Virus record (IMG/VR): IMGVR_UViG_3300037088_000232
DNA: 64,000 bases
Source of the DNA: a virus
Reading direction: 5' to 3' (one strand)
The notes beneath the pieces were generated by a model that saw nothing but the letters and a program-made list of their open reading frames with translations, searched no databases and had not been told where the DNA came from. This document shows, piece by piece, positions 57,655-64,000 of this stretch. A program made the translations under genes and the position numbers. Position 1 is the stretch's first letter, and each line of letters starts with the position of its first letter.

Positions 57655-58202
57655 ACTTTTAATACTTTTATTTGTTCTGATTTAAAGATAATCCAATCAA
57701 ATCTTTTAATGTCTGGTGATTCTATTTCATTTATATACTTAATACAATCATATCCTTGATTCATTAGGTGGTTTTTATATTCCAATGAAATTTCTTTTGC
57801 TTTTCCATCTGTTAAATTAAATAATTGATTCATTAAACAATTCTTTGTTCCAAAATATGGTAAATCAAATATGTTTTTTGATGGAAAAATTGATAAATCG
57901 ATTATCTTTTTTTCAAGTCCAAACTTCAACATTTCTTTGACTAAATTACCCTCTTTTATTTTCAAGAATTTGTTATATTTCAATTCTATTTCGTAGATAA
58001 TATAATCAGGTGGATTTGTAAATCTTTCAGCAACAGTATCATTTTCAGTAAAATGAATCCCAAGAAAACTTAATAAATGACCATCTTGACCCAATCTATT
58101 AAAGTCAAAGATATCAAATTTACGGCCAGAACCATGAAATAATGGATGTTCATATATTTTAGATTCATTAATGAAACTATTATAAGACAACAGGTTTATC
58201 AC
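57618..58202 (-). CDS. CTS-tagged ART-fold-like protein, H-G-S paralog B
   Basis: MINLLSYNSFINE; HPLFHGSG ... FLGIHFTEND ... YIIYEIELK; clear paralog of 57034-57654. Confidence 0.45.
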   Translation of the reverse strand: MINLLSYNSFINESKIYEHPLFHGSGRKFDIFDFNRLGQDGHLLSFLGIHFTENDTVAERFTNPPDYIIYEIELKYNKFLKIKEGNLVKEMLKFGLEKKIIDLSIFPSKNIFDLPYFGTKNCLMNQLFNLTDGKAKEISLEYKNHLMNQGYDCIKYINEIESPDIKRFDWIIFKSEQIKVLKVWDLKPRLEIKW

Positions 58203-58911
58203 TATTCTTGGATTTTATTTTTATGTAGAAAGAAACATCATCCTCGGAATCATCAATGTATGCTTCTATCTTTTTACCCCAAGGATATTTATTACACCAT
58301 TCAACAAAAGTATTAGTTAGATCATCGGAATTTTTCATATTATCTTTTAATAATTCTTTTGAAATGACTTTTCTGAGTCTCATAGTTGTTAAGATGATTA
58401 TTCCTTTACTGGTCTTATCTTCAAAGAAATATTTTAGATCTTTTTTGATTTCATGTAATAAAGTTAATGTTTTAGTGGATGCTATTCTCAGTACCCCACT
58501 TATCATAGCTAAACAACTATATGATTTTATTTGTCTCAATTCATTGTCTTTTATATTTAATTGTCCAGTTTTATAAATAACATCTTTTAGATCATTATAA
58601 AAACCATATTCTAAAATACCATTCCTGATACCGAAATAAAAAGATAATTTCTCATTACTGATTTTACCATATGTTCTGAATGTATTCTTAACAGAATCTT
58701 TAAATTCAAATCCATCTAATACATCTATTGGTTTTTTTATCCACTCGGTTCTAAAAAAATAAAGGAAGTTTCCAGTATTCAAATAATTTCCAGATTTAAT
58801 AAATGAAAATTTCATTTCATCTAATGTGTGTAAAAACATATAGAATCCGTAACGACCATCTACGGGTGATCCCTGATTTTCCTTTATATATGTTAAAAAA
58901 TCCTTTATCAT
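58180..58911 (-). CDS. CTS-tagged hypothetical protein
   Basis: MIKDFLTYIKEN; 243 aa. Confidence 0.4.
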   Translation of the reverse strand: MIKDFLTYIKENQGSPVDGRYGFYMFLHTLDEMKFSFIKSGNYLNTGNFLYFFRTEWIKKPIDVLDGFEFKDSVKNTFRTYGKISNEKLSFYFGIRNGILEYGFYNDLKDVIYKTGQLNIKDNELRQIKSYSCLAMISGVLRIASTKTLTLLHEIKKDLKYFFEDKTSKGIIILTTMRLRKVISKELLKDNMKNSDDLTNTFVEWCNKYPWGKKIEAYIDDSEDDVSFYIKIKSKNSDKPVVL

Positions 58912-58922
58912 GAATGTATATA

Positions 58923-59387
58923 TTAATTTACAAAGTTGGCTTCTACTTCCTGCATCAAATCATCTAAATCATAAAAATCATCATCATCTGGTTCAAATTC
59001 AAGATTTCTTTCATCAAAGAATTTCCAGAATCCATAAGATGCACTATAAAATTTATCATCTATTGACGATTCATGTTCTATTTCTTGGGGATAGGTGAAA
59101 CAACCATGATATTCTTTTCCTTTATATTTTAAAGTTCCATTGACAATTATTTTTTTATCCTCATTTTTTGTAGAGTCATAATCAAATTCAAAATGTCCTT
59201 TTTCATAATATTTTTGTATCTTTATATCACCCTGATTCTGAAGTATTTCTTTTTCAAAATCCGTTAAAGAATCTTTACCGTGTTTGTTTATTTTATCCAA
59301 TATTTTATTTATATTTTCTTCGTGATATTCAAACATTTTAAATTTTGTTATCATATGATTTTTCATAAATATTTTTTCTCTTTCCAT
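58923..59387 (-). CDS. hypothetical acidic protein
   Basis: 154 aa; weak CTS-like MITKFKMFEYHEE after internal Met. Confidence 0.35.
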   Translation of the reverse strand: MEREKIFMKNHMITKFKMFEYHEENINKILDKINKHGKDSLTDFEKEILQNQGDIKIQKYYEKGHFEFDYDSTKNEDKKIIVNGTLKYKGKEYHGCFTYPQEIEHESSIDDKFYSASYGFWKFFDERNLEFEPDDDDFYDLDDLMQEVEANFVN

Positions 59388-59398
59388 TGAAAGTTGTA

Positions 59399-60955
59399 TT
59401 ATATATTTTTATCAACTACCCATAAGTATTTAGCTGGTATGCTCTTTCCTTGTATGTAACAATTACCTGTAAATAAACTCATTTGGTCTTTATATAATAT
59501 ACCTAAATTCAAATCATCTGTATTTATACCCACAATCGCATATGGTTCTTTATCTGTTTTATCTATCTGCTTCCATACTTTTAATTCCTTTATTAATGAA
59601 TATAAAACCTCTTTGTTCGTAGACATATAGATTCTCGGTGGGTACTTGTGTCGAATATCTTCCGACTTGGATTTTAAACCATGTTTCAAAATATCATTTA
59701 ATCTGGACATTGGACAAGCATGATATAATGTATCTGGAATTAATACATACCCCTTACTCCACTTCGGAGAAATACTTAATGTATGTGTGTTCTTAATCCT
59801 TGTCATTGATGCCCTTGAATACCAACCAAATTTGTTTATGTATTTCAATAACTTGTCAATAAACTCTTTATCATCTAAATCTTCATACCACTTGTAAATA
59901 TCTTCATATTTATCATGACCTTTATAAATACCCCATATCGTTATGGATTCACCACTTATACCTTCTGGTCTGTCAATGTTAATTTCAGGAAACCTTTTTA
60001 TTAACTTGTTATACATAGTCTGACCATCTATCGATTCATTATTCTTCTCTAATAATACAAATTCAAATTCTCCAAAATTGATTATCATTCTATGATGATT
60101 TTCATAAATATTTTTACTCTTTCCATTGAAAGTTGTGTTTTCACCAGTTGCTATTTTTATTCGTTTAGGATTTGTTACCACATATTCATCAGCGAACTGT
60201 GCTCCAGTGTCCGCATTCCTGATTATTTTACAATGAATACTACTATCTGGAACTCGATTTAAACCCACACCTACATTCTCCCCATCTTCTTCCTCAATAA
60301 TTGTCGCTTTTATAAAGCATGGATATATGTAACCCTCTTGATTGTCGTATTTACTTTGAATTTCTTCCAATTCCTTATTCAATTCAATATCGTATTTTTT
60401 ATCCAAGTGTACAAATTCACTTAGTTTTGGACTGATTTCATCTATGTTCTTCTTACCTATCCAAAACAATAAATCCATCAATGTCTTTGATACTTCTTTC
60501 CAATTATCTGATTTCACCCAACTACTTAAATTATAATAACCAGTAGACTTACCATACTCCTTTTCTATGAAAGATAACATTCCATCCCATACCGACATAT
60601 CTACCGTCTTTAAAAATTCAATCTTGTCTTTTTCTATTTTCTCGTTATATTTCTCGTTAACCTCATTCCTTTCATTGTAATACGATCTTGGATAACATTG
60701 TGAATAATGTGTTGCAACATTCAGGTTTGAAAACCAAAAAGCATATTCAGCACCCATCTGACCAGAAGTATCATTCATACCATATTTGAATTCTGTGAAT
60801 TTATAAGGGCTTCCATGATAAACTACCAATGGTTTACCATTTTTATCCACTATTTTACTGGTCTTTTTATTCGGATGTTCCCAATCACCAAACCAATCCT
60901 TAAACTCTTTGGAATGAATGATTTTCTCATATGTTTCTTTGTCTAACTTCATCAC
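59399..60955 (-). CDS. hypothetical protein with N-terminal H-G-S segment
   Basis: 518 aa; LVVYHGSPYKFTEF near N-terminus. Confidence 0.4.
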   Translation of the reverse strand: MMKLDKETYEKIIHSKEFKDWFGDWEHPNKKTSKIVDKNGKPLVVYHGSPYKFTEFKYGMNDTSGQMGAEYAFWFSNLNVATHYSQCYPRSYYNERNEVNEKYNEKIEKDKIEFLKTVDMSVWDGMLSFIEKEYGKSTGYYNLSSWVKSDNWKEVSKTLMDLLFWIGKKNIDEISPKLSEFVHLDKKYDIELNKELEEIQSKYDNQEGYIYPCFIKATIIEEEDGENVGVGLNRVPDSSIHCKIIRNADTGAQFADEYVVTNPKRIKIATGENTTFNGKSKNIYENHHRMIINFGEFEFVLLEKNNESIDGQTMYNKLIKRFPEINIDRPEGISGESITIWGIYKGHDKYEDIYKWYEDLDDKEFIDKLLKYINKFGWYSRASMTRIKNTHTLSISPKWSKGYVLIPDTLYHACPMSRLNDILKHGLKSKSEDIRHKYPPRIYMSTNKEVLYSLIKELKVWKQIDKTDKEPYAIVGINTDDLNLGILYKDQMSLFTGNCYIQGKSIPAKYLWVVDKNI

Positions 60956-61125
60956 TTTCTATATATAAAAATAAAAAGATAAAATGAACAACGATCAGAT
61001 TAAATCAAAAATAATGAAAAGAGTTTTGGAATTAACAGAGGAATTAAAAAATCATATTCATTCAGTGAATATCGAATTCAGTCCAGACGATAAGAAAATA
61101 ATTGTGGATTTTAATATATAAATCT

Positions 61126-61659
61126 ATGATTGTAAATTTTAAAGTATTTGAGGGAATGAAAGAATCAATACCAGATGAATTAGCCATCTGGTTTATGGAT
61201 TTCTTTGCACAACAAACTATAAAGTTTATTGAAGATGTAAACAAAATACCTTCAAATTTGTTTCAGGAAAGTTATAACTTAGTTAAAGAAATGACAAAAA
61301 ATACTTTAGTTTATAGGGGAGAATCAAGAGATTATGAAATAACGAAACCAATTAGATTTTCACCTAAGAACAACGCTGGTATATCTTGGTCATACGAAAA
61401 GGAAATTGCCATGGGTTTTATTGAACCAGATTCGGAAGATATGTTTTCTTACTTATATACCTTAGACTTAAAAGATGTTAAATATCCAGTATCTTTGGAT
61501 TTGGTTATGGATAAAATAACTGAAAGACAAAAAAAATTAATAACAAATCCAATAACCAGATCACAAATCTCTGGATGGTCTGAATATAATTCAGAAAAAG
61601 AAATATTAGTGTTTGATACTTTTTATTCAGATATATTGAAAATAGAGGTTATATCTTAA
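61126..61659 (+). CDS. ADP-ribosyltransferase, R-S-E type (second Alt-like)
   Basis: Start at ATG 61126 (listed ORF uses TTG 61102); LVYRGES, GISWSYEKE, EKEILVFD with Alt-like spacing. Confidence 0.5.
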   Translation: MIVNFKVFEGMKESIPDELAIWFMDFFAQQTIKFIEDVNKIPSNLFQESYNLVKEMTKNTLVYRGESRDYEITKPIRFSPKNNAGISWSYEKEIAMGFIEPDSEDMFSYLYTLDLKDVKYPVSLDLVMDKITERQKKLITNPITRSQISGWSEYNSEKEILVFDTFYSDILKIEVIS

Positions 61660-62455
61660 CTTTTTCTTTCCCCTTATTTGAAGTATTGAAAATATAATAA
61701 TCAACAGCGACATCAAGATCTTTCTCTTTAAAGAAATCTGTCATATGTCTTACAGTATTTTCATCATCATCGGAGAAACCTACTTTTAATTTAGCTCCGA
61801 TTTTAGTGGCAAAATTTTGTAATCTAATCAAGAATGAATCAATGGCCAATTCCTTACCCTCTTCAACATTTTGGGTATTCTCAAAGTCCAATCCAAATCT
61901 ATTTCTAAAATATTGAGACATAATACCAATAAACTCACAAGTATCCAAATAAGAATGAATGGTGGAATCTTTTGAATTAAAAAGTTTTTGAAATTTCTCC
62001 AGATTTTTTTTCATTTTTATTCTTTGTTCTGGAGTCAAATAATTACAAATCAGCCATTTAACAAAATGTTTTATTGTTTCTGGTTCATGACCACGAGCGG
62101 TAATAATAAGAAAAATATTACCATTGATTAATGTTTTGATAAAATCTTGAAAACAGGGACCAAAATTACCCCTCAAAACAGATTTCTTAGCATCTTCGAG
62201 AAAAGATTTATTACCCCTTGGCCCTGTATCTCTAAATTCTTGAAATGTCAATACAAAATCATTATTCCTGTTTCTCCAATTTTCATTTGTTCTTATTTTG
62301 GCAAATTCTTCTGGTAGTATATCTTTTGGAATCCATTTGCCTTTTTTTAAGACTTCGATATGAATTGGAGTGGGCATATGTAGAATGTTGTTATCCCAAT
62401 CAAATATCATGTATTTCAATGTCAATGATTTATAGGCATTAAATTTCTTTATCAT
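61649..62455 (-). CDS. HAD-superfamily hydrolase
   Basis: Motif I IFDWDNNI, motif II LIITARG, motif IV GFSDDDEN. Confidence 0.5.
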   Translation of the reverse strand: MIKKFNAYKSLTLKYMIFDWDNNILHMPTPIHIEVLKKGKWIPKDILPEEFAKIRTNENWRNRNNDFVLTFQEFRDTGPRGNKSFLEDAKKSVLRGNFGPCFQDFIKTLINGNIFLIITARGHEPETIKHFVKWLICNYLTPEQRIKMKKNLEKFQKLFNSKDSTIHSYLDTCEFIGIMSQYFRNRFGLDFENTQNVEEGKELAIDSFLIRLQNFATKIGAKLKVGFSDDDENTVRHMTDFFKEKDLDVAVDYYIFNTSNKGKEKVKI

Positions 62456-62486
62456 AATATATTATATCAAAAAATAAGAAAAATGT

Positions 62487-64000
62487 TTACACCCAATTAA
62501 GATTTACAAAGTTTTCAGCGTAAATATTCTTATCCGCATTATCTGCCAATATCAACTTATCGGCATTCCTGATAATATTTTCATTCAATGTATTATTAAT
62601 TTCATCAGTAGGAATAACATCGTTAAATATTCTGAGATTCGTATATTTTATATTACTTCCCAAAATTTGAATATCAACATCATGATCAAAACTAAATGGA
62701 TCAAATCCATCATAAAATGTTTCGTTTATCGTCTTGAATGTTGTATTTACTGAATGAAGTTCTGTATTATTAACTGGTTTAAACCCACTACTTATTAATG
62801 AAGTATAACCAGTTGTATCCATCCAAGAAATAGTTTCGACCTGATAACTGTTAGGTTCAATGAAAGTAATATCATAATCATTATCTCTCTGGTATAATTT
62901 CAATTCAACTACTCTTTGTCTGTTATCTAACATGACAACTAATCCATACCAAATATTTGTTAGTAATGACAGATTTTGTAATTTATAAAATGAATTGTTG
63001 ATTTGGAAATTGATATCTTTTTTGAAATACCAAATTCTATATCCCAATTTATTTGTTTCATCAAAATTATTCAACAATTGGAAATTAGTAGTCTGGTCTA
63101 TGTCATATTGTTTCCAAGCATTTCTGGCTGGATTCAAAGCATCCCAACCATTATTAAAATTAAACCATAAAGTGAAACTTCTGTTATCTGATACCTTAAC
63201 TGAGTTATCTGTTTTTTTGTATAAAACACATTGTTTACTGATGGCATCTTTAAAGTTATAATAATTCACCGCATAGTTTATATTCCCATTCCAAATGTCT
63301 TGCTTTACACGAATTACCTTATTATTCACAATATATCTCATTACATCGAAGGTAAATGGTTTGAATTGATCTTTATTTGCTATTTTGTCGGAATCTTCTT
63401 TAATTTCCTGACCAAATAATTCTTCCATTGTTGTACTTCTTGTAAGATCTCCCAATTTGGCTTTACTTTCAGCGGAAAGATTAAGAATATTGGCTTTCTG
63501 TTCGTATTTTTCTAACATGACTTTATAATATATTCCAGCGTTCATAACATCTCTGTATACATTTGAACTTGAAACATAATATAACCTATTTAAAGGACAG
63601 AAAAAGATAATATCATCTTCACTTGGACGGCGATGAACACCGAATTTACTTTTGAATTCATCTTTTAATATATGAATTTCGAATTTGTCAAATAAATCTA
63701 AATAAACCGTATTTGCTCTTGGTTGATTTTCTGGAAATTTATTTTCTGGAACAATTACTCTTATAGTTTTTACATCAATAATATTCTTCAACTGGTATTC
63801 GTGTAAGATATAATCTATACCATTTCTATCTGGATCTGTCAAGTGGTAGTCAACATTCCATCCAAATAATTGACTTACTTGATTGGCTAATGAATTATAA
63901 TAGGCCGTTATTGCATCTATATTATACGGTTGCCAAAAAGTAGAAGAGTTGGCTGTATTTTCAGCCGTTAAAGCACCCTCCACATTAGCGTCTGGATTAC
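62487..64000 (-). CDS. large N/Y/W-rich hypothetical protein (possibly virion structural); 5' end may lie beyond window
   Basis: Frame open to window edge (listed start is GTG at 63983); 498+ aa. Confidence 0.4.
   Translation of the reverse strand, partial: NPDANVEGALTAENTANSSTFWQPYNIDAITAYYNSLANQVSQLFGWNVDYHLTDPDRNGIDYILHEYQLKNIIDVKTIRVIVPENKFPENQPRANTVYLDLFDKFEIHILKDEFKSKFGVHRRPSEDDIIFFCPLNRLYYVSSSNVYRDVMNAGIYYKVMLEKYEQKANILNLSAESKAKLGDLTRSTTMEELFGQEIKEDSDKIANKDQFKPFTFDVMRYIVNNKVIRVKQDIWNGNINYAVNYYNFKDAISKQCVLYKKTDNSVKVSDNRSFTLWFNFNNGWDALNPARNAWKQYDIDQTTNFQLLNNFDETNKLGYRIWYFKKDINFQINNSFYKLQNLSLLTNIWYGLVVMLDNRQRVVELKLYQRDNDYDITFIEPNSYQVETISWMDTTGYTSLISSGFKPVNNTELHSVNTTFKTINETFYDGFDPFSFDHDVDIQILGSNIKYTNLRIFNDVIPTDEINNTLNENIIRNADKLILADNADKNIYAENFVNLNWV

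Noticed and set aside
1-64000. Eukaryotic giant-virus origin (AT-rich, polB, UDG, PTH2)
   Set aside because: CspA-type cold-shock protein, J-domain protein, bacterial-type PARG, lipobox lipoprotein, rho-independent terminators, ATGA stop/start overlaps and T4 gp43/gp61-like motifs indicate a bacteriophage.

Overview
This window is AT-rich (about 70% AT), tightly packed, mostly minus-strand coding DNA that reads as the hyperplastic accessory region of a T4-like bacteriophage. It runs from a gp43-like family-B DNA polymerase fragment (960-2393) to a gp61-like zinc-ribbon/TOPRIM primase (47324-48541) and beyond; the polymerase has T4-like exo I/II/III and motif A but lacks both a start codon and the motif B/C half. 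Bacterial hallmarks are a cold-shock protein, a J-domain protein, rho-independent hairpin terminators, a lipoprotein and bacterial-type PARG. Bacteroidota-style -7 TAnnTTTG promoter motifs suggest a Bacteroidota host. No rRNA, tRNA or CRISPR array was recognised. The most striking signal is that at least 17 ORFs begin with an N-terminus closely resembling the T4 capsid-targeting sequence (compare T4 IPIII MKTYQEFIAE, with a prohead-protease L/I-x-E site), for example MKTFTEFLLEA, MKNFRTYDEFLLE, MITDFTDFLNE and MENLLTFEKFITE. This suggests a greatly expanded arsenal of head-packaged, injected proteins: Alt-like R-S-E ADP-ribosyltransferases, a family of H-G-[ST] ART-fold paralogs, a SprT-like metalloprotease, a GS-like amidoligase, a J-domain protein and a very acidic protein. 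A second theme is NAD/ADP-ribose metabolism: a bacterial-type PARG - HAD phosphatase - ASCH cassette in an operon-like block with a C39-like peptidase, a 5-gene paralog array and a beta-class DNA MTase, plus a MazG-NMNAT fusion. Other recognisable genes are UDG, dCMP deaminase, PPK2, peptidyl-tRNA hydrolase Pth2, a GatB/YqeY protein, a radical SAM enzyme, a flotillin/SPFH protein with four internal repeats, a ParB/Srx-like protein, a frameshifted CDF transporter, a homing-endonuclease-like repeat protein abutting the primase, and clusters of small membrane proteins.
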